Virus record (IMG/VR): IMGVR_UViG_3300009124_000018
Location: 1 to 53,862 of that record
Origin: a virus
Lineage: Duplodnaviria; Caudoviricetes
Length of the DNA: 53,862 nt
Strand: one strand, 5' to 3'
The position numbers and the translations under genes were made by a program. This document shows, piece by piece, positions 45,955 to 53,862 of the stretch. The notes below the pieces were generated by a model. That model saw only the letters and a program-made list of their open reading frames with translations. It was not told where the DNA came from and did no database searches. Position 1 is the first letter of the stretch, and the number at the start of each line of letters is the position of its first letter.

Positions 45955-46730
45955 TGGCAAGTTATTCTGGACCAAACATTAATGGTAATAATACCTGCGT
46001 ACTGTATCTAGATGCAGCAAATCCAAAGTCATTTCCAGGTTCTGGAAACATTTGGTATAACATGGCAAATACTACAATTCCTGATGCTGCTCCTGTATCA
46101 GGATTTAATTCGCAATGTTTTTGGAATAGTGCTGGATACTTCACTATTAATAGCAATATTGACAATCCTCAAGCAAACGCAATTCAAACAAGCACTAATA
46201 ATGCACATATTTTTCATACTATTCCAAGTGAATATAGAATGAACAATAACACTCAACCAAGAACATATGAAGTTTGGTTTAGGGTGACAAGTTTAGCAGA
46301 CACCAGAAATGGTCCAGTATTCAGAACCATGACTGGTACTGGATGTTCTTATGGGTGTAACGGTGGGATTGAAATTATTGGAGGACAAATTAAAGGTATG
46401 CATTATAATACTACAGATAGTTATGTATATACAGGAACAACTAATGTAGTTGAAAATAAATGGTATCATGCAGTATTAACATATGATCCATCACTAAACC
46501 CAAACAAAAGATTTTACGTTAATGGTCAGTTAGATGCAACTTTTCAAACAGTTGCATGGAACTATGGATCTGGTGGTGTTCAATATGAAATTGGATTTAA
46601 TAGAAAATCCAATTCACCAAAAACATTCTGTGGTGATATTGCAGTTGTAAAAATGTATATGGATAAAGCATTAACTGCAGAAGAAGTTTATGAAAACTAT
46701 GTCGGATATAAAGGGAGGTTTAACATCTAA
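45954..46730 (+). CDS. LamG/concanavalin-A-like domain protein, 258 aa (paralogue of the preceding gene)
   Basis: LYLDAANPKSFPGSG..W...TYEVWF...WYHAVLTYD...FYVNG...GDIAVVKMY..KALT.EEV..NY...KGRF. Confidence 0.88.
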   Translation: MASYSGPNINGNNTCVLYLDAANPKSFPGSGNIWYNMANTTIPDAAPVSGFNSQCFWNSAGYFTINSNIDNPQANAIQTSTNNAHIFHTIPSEYRMNNNTQPRTYEVWFRVTSLADTRNGPVFRTMTGTGCSYGCNGGIEIIGGQIKGMHYNTTDSYVYTGTTNVVENKWYHAVLTYDPSLNPNKRFYVNGQLDATFQTVAWNYGSGGVQYEIGFNRKSNSPKTFCGDIAVVKMYMDKALTAEEVYENYVGYKGRFNI

Positions 46731-47668
46731 TGTCAGCACTAATCGGAAGACAAGACATCGGTTTATTTGATAATGGTTCATTTGAAAGTGGGACTGTTGC
46801 TAATTTTACTGGTGCAGGTGGATATGCATCTTCCCGAGATCCAAAAAGAGGAAATTGGCATTGGGAATCTTCTAGTAGATCTAATGCAAATTTTTCACAG
46901 TTGGTTCCAGTGGATACTAGCAAAAGATATGTATTTTCTATTTCATCCAAAACATTTGAGAGAAGCGGGAGTGGATTATTAGGAAGACATTATTTAGGAT
47001 TTAGTTGTTATGACGAAGATAGAAACTTTATCAGATTAGAACATTGTGGTGGTATCGGTAATAGTTATCTTTCTAGAGATCTGAATCCTGGCGATGCATA
47101 TATGTATTTTACAAGTGCTAGTGGGTGGTATACTGGAGCTGATGTAACAAATCAACAAAATTATTTTAGAAACATTGGATTGTATCCACCTACACATCCA
47201 AAATATAGTGCTCCTCATAGATACACTAGAGTAGGAACTAGAGGTGGGTCTGTAGGTAATTCTCAAATTCAATATAGATCAATGGTTCAAACTGCACAAG
47301 GAGATTGGCAGGTAGAACTTTGCGATACAAATAATAATCCAAGAAATTGGACATATAATGAACCATATCCAACTCCTGCGGGAACTCCTGTTCACAAAGG
47401 AACTGCAGGTGGAACATATAATTATGCGTTTAGTAGAAGACAATATACTGATACAGATTGGACAACTTATCAATTAATTGTAGAGGGTCCAGAATCTAGG
47501 AATAGTGGTAGAATTTTTAGGTATGATACCAAATATATTAGATTTATGATCCTTGGAAATTATGCTCTTGCCGCATCTTCAACTCCACCAACGTATCCAA
47601 TATATGGATTGGATGATCTTATATTCCTTGAGGAAAATCCAGTTAGAAATTATAACTTTGTTTACTAA
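46730..47668 (+). CDS. Putative carbohydrate-binding virion accessory protein, 312 aa
   Basis: LFDNGSFESG N-terminus, VPVDTSKRY, YLGFSCYD.D, and TKYIRF...NY...DD. These suggest a galactose-binding/CBM-like jelly-roll with an insertion. Confidence 0.65.
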   Translation: MSALIGRQDIGLFDNGSFESGTVANFTGAGGYASSRDPKRGNWHWESSSRSNANFSQLVPVDTSKRYVFSISSKTFERSGSGLLGRHYLGFSCYDEDRNFIRLEHCGGIGNSYLSRDLNPGDAYMYFTSASGWYTGADVTNQQNYFRNIGLYPPTHPKYSAPHRYTRVGTRGGSVGNSQIQYRSMVQTAQGDWQVELCDTNNNPRNWTYNEPYPTPAGTPVHKGTAGGTYNYAFSRRQYTDTDWTTYQLIVEGPESRNSGRIFRYDTKYIRFMILGNYALAASSTPPTYPIYGLDDLIFLEENPVRNYNFVY

Positions 47669-47674
47669 TAAATA
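47667..47674 (+). promoter_or_regulatory. Late promoter (AATAAATA)
   Basis: NATAAATA motif 24 nt upstream of ATG47699. Confidence 0.7.
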
Positions 47675-47698
47675 CATTTAGGAAAAAGACGCTAAAAG

Positions 47699-50260
47699 AT
47701 GGCAAATTCAGATAAGAATATTTTAATAACTCCGAACAGGAACCAAGCATCTGAACCTGAAATTTCTTTTGCTGGATTTGACAATCAACCTATTAGTTTA
47801 AGAGTACTTAATGACAATACTTTATCATTTCAAGGATCTAATGGTCAAGTATTTTCTGTAAGTAATAATCTTACTGATGGTATTATTTTTAGTGCTTCTG
47901 ATGTTTCGGGTATTCCTGGTATCAGTTTAGATGCTGATGGTATTGTTCAATTAGCACCGTTTGGTGGTAAGGTTGCTGTTGGATTTCCAATCCCTAAAGC
48001 AACCTTAGAAGTTGCTGGTCCAGACCAAGCACCTGGTAGTGCTGCTAATACTGATACTCCAGAACCAACATTTAGAGTTACCCGATATGATGGTGGTGAT
48101 GCAAGATACTGTGTTGACTTTGGTACTTATCAAGGTGGTGGATATTCTTGGGTTAGAGCAACTACAAGAAATAATCTACAGGCAGCTCATAACCTTGCCC
48201 TGCAACCAATTGATACTACGACTGCATCGGTATCGATTGGACAAACAACAGCAGATGCAAATACCAGATTACATGTAAAAACATACGGTAATGGTTCTAG
48301 TGCAGTTGCTGCTAAGTTTGATAGTGGTGCTGAGTTTGATGCCTCTTCTATTGTAGAAATTAGAAATAGATGCACTTCCTTTGGAAGAACTCAACTTAAT
48401 CTGTATGGAAGAACCCAGGCAAATAACTCTTCATTTACCAATCCAAGAAATGAAATTCGTTGGTATAGGAGTTATTCGGGAACTGCAGGATCTCCAGGTG
48501 CTGATACTTTTGCGTTTAGAGATGGTGTTGAGTTAACTAATAATGTAAGATTTATCGGTAATGCTGGTGGTCAAGTCAATTTTGCCATCAATCAGGGAAA
48601 CAAAGTTTACATTGGTAATGTAACTGATGCTCTTCCTAACTTTACTAATGGTGGTAAAAATTGGGGTGGTATTGATGGTTCGTATCAATCAAGATCTCAG
48701 TTACTTGTAACAAGAGGTCACTTTGCAGATGGTCTTTGGGCACCAGGAGTACTGACAAACTATGGTACATCTAGAAGTTGGACTACTGGAAATAGTTCTG
48801 CAACTGGTCACTATGAAGGAAATTTTGGACAAAACGGTGCCGCTAATGAGCAGTCAAGGCAATGGTTTGACACTCCAGGGCATGGTAGAGGTATTGTCTG
48901 GAGATGTCTGAACAATGATACTGGATCCAACTCTGACGGTGGTTGGAACAAATACGTGTATGGTGTTAACCCAGATAAAGCATATAGATCTATTGTTTGG
49001 GTTAGAAGAAATAGTAGCTCAGGTAGTGGTACTTTCTATCATGGTACTGATAATGGTACTACAAGTTACCTGAGTGGTAATGCGGCTAATAACCCATACT
49101 TTAACTGTTGGGGTATTGGAAACCTTGCTCAAGGTGTATGGTATCTGTCTGTTGGATATATTCATGCATATAATGATAACTCCACTCAAACATGGGGTGG
49201 CATTTATGATTCCAGAACTGGTAGAAGAACTAGAAACTATAGTTCAGCAAACGGTAACTGTGCCTCAGAATTTAAGTGGAGGGGTACAGGAACTTATAGA
49301 CAGAGACAAAGGGTTTATCTATTCTATTCCACACAACCTTCTGCTGCCTTAGAATTCTGGGGTCCAAGATTTGAGGAAGTCAATGGTGAAGAACCATCGA
49401 TTGGAGCACTTCTTGGTCTGAATATGACCAGACCAGAATACATGGAAGGTCTTCGTGTTGGTGGTATTAATAATGGTACTGCATGTTTCTCTAGAACCGC
49501 ACGAGAAGGTTCTGGACTTGGAGGTAGTGATGCAGTTGTCTATGCGAGAGATAATTCTAATAGCGATTGGGGATTTATTTCTGACAAGCAAAGTACTAAC
49601 TATGGAATGTATGTCCGAGTAAGTTCTAATGCATCATATGCATATGCTGTACGTGCCAACAATTTAAATGATTGGAGATTTAGAGTTCAAGGTAATGGGC
49701 AAATTAGATCTGACCAATCTACATCCATTGCAACAGGTGCTGACTATGCTGAATTATTTGAATGGCAAGATGGTAATCCAAATGGTGAAGATCGTGTTGG
49801 GCATACAGTATCTCTTGTTAATCAACAAATCAAGTTTGCAGAACCTGGAGAAACTCCTATTGGTGTAATCTCTGCTAATCCTGCAGTTATTGGTGACACC
49901 AGAGATTTCTATTGGGCGGGTAAGTATCAAACTGACGAATGGGGCAGACAGATTATGGAACAAGTTCCAGCATGGAGATGGAAAGAAGAAGGTGATGACA
50001 AGATTCATGAATATCGCAAGGATGAAGTTCCTGAAGATATTACAGTACCATCCAACGCAGAAGATACTACTCTAGGATTCCCAGTATTGAATCCAGATTA
50101 TGATCCAAGTACAGAATATGTACCTAGAGATGAGCGCCCAGAATGGGGATGTGTTGGACTTGTTGGTAAACTCAGAATCAAAAAAGGTCAAGTCATTGGT
50201 GACCGTTGGTTGAAGATGAGAGATATTAATGATGAGATTGAAGAGTGGTTGGTGAGATAA
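47699..50260 (+). CDS. Tail fibre/spike with C-terminal peptidase G2-type intramolecular chaperone, 853 aa
   Basis: MANSDKNILITPN N-terminus. The C-terminal ADYAELFEW.DGN...PIGVIS..P..IGD...LNP.YDP...Y.PR.ER.EW..VGL.GKL matches the phi29 gp12-type autocleaving domain. Confidence 0.88.
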   Translation: MANSDKNILITPNRNQASEPEISFAGFDNQPISLRVLNDNTLSFQGSNGQVFSVSNNLTDGIIFSASDVSGIPGISLDADGIVQLAPFGGKVAVGFPIPKATLEVAGPDQAPGSAANTDTPEPTFRVTRYDGGDARYCVDFGTYQGGGYSWVRATTRNNLQAAHNLALQPIDTTTASVSIGQTTADANTRLHVKTYGNGSSAVAAKFDSGAEFDASSIVEIRNRCTSFGRTQLNLYGRTQANNSSFTNPRNEIRWYRSYSGTAGSPGADTFAFRDGVELTNNVRFIGNAGGQVNFAINQGNKVYIGNVTDALPNFTNGGKNWGGIDGSYQSRSQLLVTRGHFADGLWAPGVLTNYGTSRSWTTGNSSATGHYEGNFGQNGAANEQSRQWFDTPGHGRGIVWRCLNNDTGSNSDGGWNKYVYGVNPDKAYRSIVWVRRNSSSGSGTFYHGTDNGTTSYLSGNAANNPYFNCWGIGNLAQGVWYLSVGYIHAYNDNSTQTWGGIYDSRTGRRTRNYSSANGNCASEFKWRGTGTYRQRQRVYLFYSTQPSAALEFWGPRFEEVNGEEPSIGALLGLNMTRPEYMEGLRVGGINNGTACFSRTAREGSGLGGSDAVVYARDNSNSDWGFISDKQSTNYGMYVRVSSNASYAYAVRANNLNDWRFRVQGNGQIRSDQSTSIATGADYAELFEWQDGNPNGEDRVGHTVSLVNQQIKFAEPGETPIGVISANPAVIGDTRDFYWAGKYQTDEWGRQIMEQVPAWRWKEEGDDKIHEYRKDEVPEDITVPSNAEDTTLGFPVLNPDYDPSTEYVPRDERPEWGCVGLVGKLRIKKGQVIGDRWLKMRDINDEIEEWLVR

Positions 50261-50270
50261 CCGACCCCTC

Positions 50271-50299
50271 TTGACAATATAAATAAAATTGTCTATAAT
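50271..50299 (+). promoter_or_regulatory. Composite promoter: consensus sigma70 promoter with an embedded T4 late promoter
   Basis: TTGACA 50271-50276, 17 nt, TATAAT 50294-50299. TATAAATA at 50278-50285 lies within the spacer. Confidence 0.85.
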
Positions 50300-50317
50300 T
50301 TACACCTGAGTTGAACT

Positions 50318-50602
50318 ATGTCAATGTCTATTGAAGAAATGATTGAAAGCTTCAAAGAACAACAAAAAGAAGTTGTTGAAGAAGTCCGCAATCTTGAAAA
50401 TCAAATTAACAGCAAGAAAGAAGATTACTTTAAATTGCAGGGTGCAATTGAAGCACTAACGATTCAACTGAATCCTCCTGAAAATGCAGGACCTGCTGAT
50501 CAATCAGGACAATCTCCATCACAACCTCCTGGTTATGAAATGCCCGAAAACCTTACAGACATCCCTGGAATTGATGTAATTCCAGCTACCCCTGAAGGAT
50601 GA
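50318..50602 (+). CDS. Coiled-coil protein with Pro-rich acidic tail, 94 aa
   Basis: Heptad N-terminus ending KLQGAIEAL, followed by a low-complexity Pro-rich tail. Confidence 0.8.
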   Translation: MSMSIEEMIESFKEQQKEVVEEVRNLENQINSKKEDYFKLQGAIEALTIQLNPPENAGPADQSGQSPSQPPGYEMPENLTDIPGIDVIPATPEG

Positions 50603-51168
50603 GTTTAAATTATATTAGAGAATACTCAATGAGTTCCACTGAAATATGTGATGAACTCATTGAGTTATTCAAAAAACATGATAAAAAAGGAAATACTCAA
50701 CCAGGGCAAATATCTAGAGGAGTTGATAAAAGTACTAAAGATAGTACAGATTTAGTGCTTGGTGCTATCTTTAAGGAAGATCCACATGCAGAAAGATTAG
50801 CAGATCGCTACATGCAAGTGGTTAAGAAATGCACGATGGAATATTGTGATTACCATAAACTTCCTATTCGTGGAGTAAACCCACAATCAACTCCACAAAT
50901 ACAATATTACAAACCAAAGGGTGGGTATAAAGAGTGGCACTCAGATGCTACATTTACTGGTAACCAATCCAGATGTTTAGTATACATTACATATTTAAAT
51001 GACGTTCCTGATGGTGGAACTATGTTTAGAGATTGGAAGTATACAACTAAAGCAAACAAAGGTAACACTGTAATTTTTCCTGCATTCTTTACTCATGTCC
51101 ATAAAGGGCAGATATCTAAGAAGCATGAAAAATATATTATTACTGGTTGGTTGCATTATGTGGATTAG
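50599..51168 (+). CDS. 2OG-Fe(II) oxygenase (prolyl 4-hydroxylase-like), 189 aa
   Basis: IQYY.P.GGY..WHSD (HxD), R.L....YLNDV.DGGT.F, IFPA.FTH.HKG and KYIITGW. ATGA overlap with the upstream gene. Confidence 0.93.
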   Translation: MSLNYIREYSMSSTEICDELIELFKKHDKKGNTQPGQISRGVDKSTKDSTDLVLGAIFKEDPHAERLADRYMQVVKKCTMEYCDYHKLPIRGVNPQSTPQIQYYKPKGGYKEWHSDATFTGNQSRCLVYITYLNDVPDGGTMFRDWKYTTKANKGNTVIFPAFFTHVHKGQISKKHEKYIITGWLHYVD

Positions 51169-51200
51169 TCCTCTGCTAAATAAGGTAGAGGACTATTTTT
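51166..51200 (+). terminator. Intrinsic terminator-like hairpin with a late-promoter motif in its loop
   Basis: Stem TAGTCCTCT (51166-51174) / AGAGGACTA (51187-51195) followed by TTTTT. The loop region contains CTAAATA (51176-51182). Confidence 0.7.
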
Positions 51201-51210
51201 ATGCGTATAC

Positions 51211-52020
51211 ATGGCGCAACCAACAAGTAGAGCAGAATTAAAGGAATATTGTTTACGTCGATTAGGTAAACCTGTTCTGGAAATCAACGTCGATGATGAC
51301 CAGATTGATGATCTTATCGATGACGCTATTCAATTATTCCAGGAGCGTCATTTTGATGGCGTAGAAAGAATGTTCCTGAAGTATCAATTTACTTCTGCTG
51401 ATGTAGATAATTTTGGAACCAGTGCTGGTGATGTAACTACCACCATCAATGGAAGGGACTGGGTAGAAAGAAATAATTACATTGACATTCCTCCACAAGT
51501 TCTTGGAGTAAACAAGATCTTTGGAATTAAGGGAAGTAATATTAGAAGTAATCTTTTTGGATTGGAGTATCAGCTGTTCCTTAACGATCTTTATCAGTTC
51601 GGATCTGTTGATATTCTTAGTTACTACATGACTAAATCATATCTCGAAACATTAGATATGGTTTTGAATAATGGTGCAGTTATCCCATACCGTTTCAATC
51701 GTCGTCAAGATCGCTTGTACATTGATACAGGTAAAGATCTTATCGATGAAGGTGCATACTTAATTATTGACTGTTATAGATTGCTTGATCCGACAGAGTA
51801 TACTCAAATTTATAATGATTCCTTTTTAAAATTATATACTACTGCATTGATCAAGAGGCAGTGGGGTCAGAATCTGATTAAATTCCAAGGCGCTCAATTG
51901 CCTGGTGGTATTACAATGAATGGCAGACAACTCTATGATGATGCTGTTGGAGAATTGCAGCAGATTGAATCAGAGATGTCATCTAAGTATGAACTTCCAC
52001 CTCTAGACATGATCGGATGA
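51211..52020 (+). CDS. gp13: Neck protein gp13
   Basis: P.SR.EL.EYCLRRLG.PV.EINVDDDQ..D.IDDA.Q.F.E.HFDG and TALIKRQWGQNL.KF.G.QLPGG.T.NG. Confidence 0.97.
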   Translation: MAQPTSRAELKEYCLRRLGKPVLEINVDDDQIDDLIDDAIQLFQERHFDGVERMFLKYQFTSADVDNFGTSAGDVTTTINGRDWVERNNYIDIPPQVLGVNKIFGIKGSNIRSNLFGLEYQLFLNDLYQFGSVDILSYYMTKSYLETLDMVLNNGAVIPYRFNRRQDRLYIDTGKDLIDEGAYLIIDCYRLLDPTEYTQIYNDSFLKLYTTALIKRQWGQNLIKFQGAQLPGGITMNGRQLYDDAVGELQQIESEMSSKYELPPLDMIG

Positions 52021-52021
52021 T

Positions 52022-52906
52022 ATGGCTAAGAATACTTATTTTAGGCACGGCACTAGAAATGAACAGATGCTCCAGCAATCGCTGGTAGATGAGTTCATTA
52101 AAATGTTTGGTCAGGATATTTTATACATTCCGAGAAAGTTAGTTCGTAAGGATACTATTTTAAATGAGGAAGTAATTTCTCAATTTGATGATTCATTCTT
52201 AACATATGCATACTTTGAAAACTTTGAAGGATTTGCTGGAAACGGAGATATCTTAACTAAGTTCGGAATCAGATCTACTGATGAGATTACTTTAAGTATG
52301 TCAAGGCAAATATTTCAAGATTTTATTGCCGTTCAAATGGTTAATGTAGAAAACATTGAAGTTGGTTCTAGACCACAAGAGGGTGATCTTGTATATTTCC
52401 CATTGACTGATAACTTATTTGAAATTAAATTTGTAGAGCATGAAGTTCCATTCTACCAGTTTGGAGCATTATACACTTATCAAATTAAGTGTGAATTGTT
52501 TGAGTACGAAAATGAAACTGCTGGTGTAGATATCTTTGATACTCAAGAAAACGAAGGATTCATTGTCAAATATTACTATGATCCTCAATCTATAACAGGA
52601 GAGCCTACTATTGGAGAAATGGTAGTTGGGTCTGTTACTGGAATTACTGCAATGGTAAACAAATGGGTTCCAAGGGAAAGTTATGTTGAACTTAGAGCAC
52701 CAATTGCTACTGCAGATTATAATGTATATCAGATAGGAGAAACATTGACTGGACAGGAATCTGGTTTCTCTATAAATATTTCTAGCTTTGATGAACTTGA
52801 TATGGAAGATCCATTTGCTCAAAACATTGAATTTGAGAATACTGGTGATTCGATTTTAGATTTTACTGAAGTAAACCCATTTGGAGAATTTGGAAATAGG
52901 AGTTAA
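52022..52906 (+). CDS. gp14: Neck protein gp14
   Basis: N.YF..G...EQ.L...L..E.I..FG.D..Y.PR, KFG....DE, RP.EGDLVYFP....LFEI.FVE...PFYQ.G and DF.E.NPFG. Confidence 0.97.
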   Translation: MAKNTYFRHGTRNEQMLQQSLVDEFIKMFGQDILYIPRKLVRKDTILNEEVISQFDDSFLTYAYFENFEGFAGNGDILTKFGIRSTDEITLSMSRQIFQDFIAVQMVNVENIEVGSRPQEGDLVYFPLTDNLFEIKFVEHEVPFYQFGALYTYQIKCELFEYENETAGVDIFDTQENEGFIVKYYYDPQSITGEPTIGEMVVGSVTGITAMVNKWVPRESYVELRAPIATADYNVYQIGETLTGQESGFSINISSFDELDMEDPFAQNIEFENTGDSILDFTEVNPFGEFGNRS

Positions 52907-52908
52907 TT

Positions 52909-53715
52909 ATGTTAGGTAATTATCAATACAATCAGATTATTAGAAAGTGTGTTGTTGGATTTGGCACGCTTTTTAATAATCTTGAAATTCGTAAATTTAA
53001 TGAGGATGGATCAGTATACCAGAGGATGAAAGTTCCTTTAGCATATGGTCCTCGTCAGAAGTTTCTTGCACGTCTAACTGAGCAACCTGATCTCGGAAGA
53101 CCAAACGCTATCACTCTACCAAGGATGTCATTTGAAATGACTGGTATGAGTTATGATCCTTCTCGCAAACAAAGTCCTGTTCAATATTGCTTGACTAACG
53201 AGGACGCAGAAGGAGTTAAAAAAACATATGTTCCAGTTCCATACAACCTGGAATTTGAACTTAATATCTTGAGCAAAACACAAGATGACTGCTTGCAAAT
53301 TGTAGAGCAGATTGTACCATACTTTCAACCATCCTTTAATCTCAGCATTAGATTAGTTGAGGAAGCAGGAATTGTCAAGGATGTTCCTATTGTAATGAAT
53401 GACATTTCATTTGAAGATGATTACCAAGGTGATTTTGATACCAGAAGAGCATTGGTATATACCTTAAGATTTACAGTTAAAACTTATATCTACGGTCCTA
53501 CTTCAGATACAGGTCTTATCAAGAAGGCAATTACAAAAGAATATACATCCACAGACCTCAATGTTCCAGGTCGTTACAGACAATATGAAGTCACTGCTAA
53601 AGCATTGGAAGACAAGAACAATGATGGAGTCATTGATGTAATTGATGATTCACTTCTTATCTCAGGTGATGACTTTGGATTTAATGAAACTACATCTTTC
53701 TTTGAGGACGTATGA
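52909..53715 (+). CDS. gp15: Tail sheath stabiliser/terminator gp15
   Basis: IRK.V..FGTLFN, VPLAYGP.QKFLAR, LPRMSFE, PVPYN..FEL.I..K.QDD.LQIVEQI.P.FQP and YTL.FT.KTY.YGP. Confidence 0.97.
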   Translation: MLGNYQYNQIIRKCVVGFGTLFNNLEIRKFNEDGSVYQRMKVPLAYGPRQKFLARLTEQPDLGRPNAITLPRMSFEMTGMSYDPSRKQSPVQYCLTNEDAEGVKKTYVPVPYNLEFELNILSKTQDDCLQIVEQIVPYFQPSFNLSIRLVEEAGIVKDVPIVMNDISFEDDYQGDFDTRRALVYTLRFTVKTYIYGPTSDTGLIKKAITKEYTSTDLNVPGRYRQYEVTAKALEDKNNDGVIDVIDDSLLISGDDFGFNETTSFFEDV

Positions 53716-53862
53716 GCGAAAACTACGAAGGAATTGAAGACGCCCTAAATGTAGATACAGAGATTGTACCTGCAGAGCAAACAGAAAAACCAAAGAAGAG
53801 AACAGAGCGTATTATTGATATCGATAAGGATATCAAAAAAGATTACGACTATTCTAGGGGTC
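53712..53862 (+). CDS. gp16: Small terminase subunit gp16, N-terminal part (runs off the window)
   Basis: ATGA overlap with the gp15 stop. MSENYEGIEDALNV...KDYDYSRG includes the DY.Y.RG motif of cyanophage gp16, and the gp15-gp16 synteny fits. Confidence 0.8.
   Translation, partial: MSENYEGIEDALNVDTEIVPAEQTEKPKKRTERIIDIDKDIKKDYDYSRG

Noticed and set aside
44000-50260. Diversity-generating retroelement acting on fibre tips
   Set aside because: No reverse transcriptase, and no near-identical template/variable repeat pair was visible in the window.
930-53328. Numerous 60-120 aa minus-strand and alternative-frame ORFs in the ORF track
   Set aside because: They are shadows of long, motif-supported + strand genes and have no recognisable motifs or expression signals.
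1-53862. tRNA/rRNA genes or stop-codon recoding
   Set aside because: No cloverleaf or rRNA-like segments in the short intergenic gaps. Genes are intact under the standard code and use all three stop codons.

Overview
This window is the virion-morphogenesis region of a T4-like marine cyanomyovirus (Kyanoviridae-type). All credible genes lie on the + strand. It opens with the end of a GC-rich early-gene array carrying repeated promoter units (1-541). A repeat- and palindrome-dense intergenic segment follows, where GC content drops and GC skew flips (candidate origin, about 545-760). Then come PAAR/gp5.4, several small genes, gp25, gp6, a greatly expanded gp7-like protein (3441 aa), gp8 and a DUF4815/VrlC-like protein. 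A block of giant mosaic fibre proteins (742, 2552, 3469 and 853 aa) follows, with LamG/CBM accessory genes, then a host-promoter-driven 2OG-Fe(II) oxygenase unit, gp13, gp14, gp15 and the start of gp16. The most striking observation is in the 3469-aa fibre: four copies of a helical domain that align by eye with phycobiliprotein subunits. Each copy keeps both bilin-attachment cysteines (beta-84 and beta-155 equivalents) and both bilin-coordinating aspartates, suggesting a bilin-chromophorylated virion fibre. The neighbouring 2552-aa fibre has a cupredoxin-like domain with a complete type-1 copper ligand set. All family assignments come from manual motif recognition; no database search was run.
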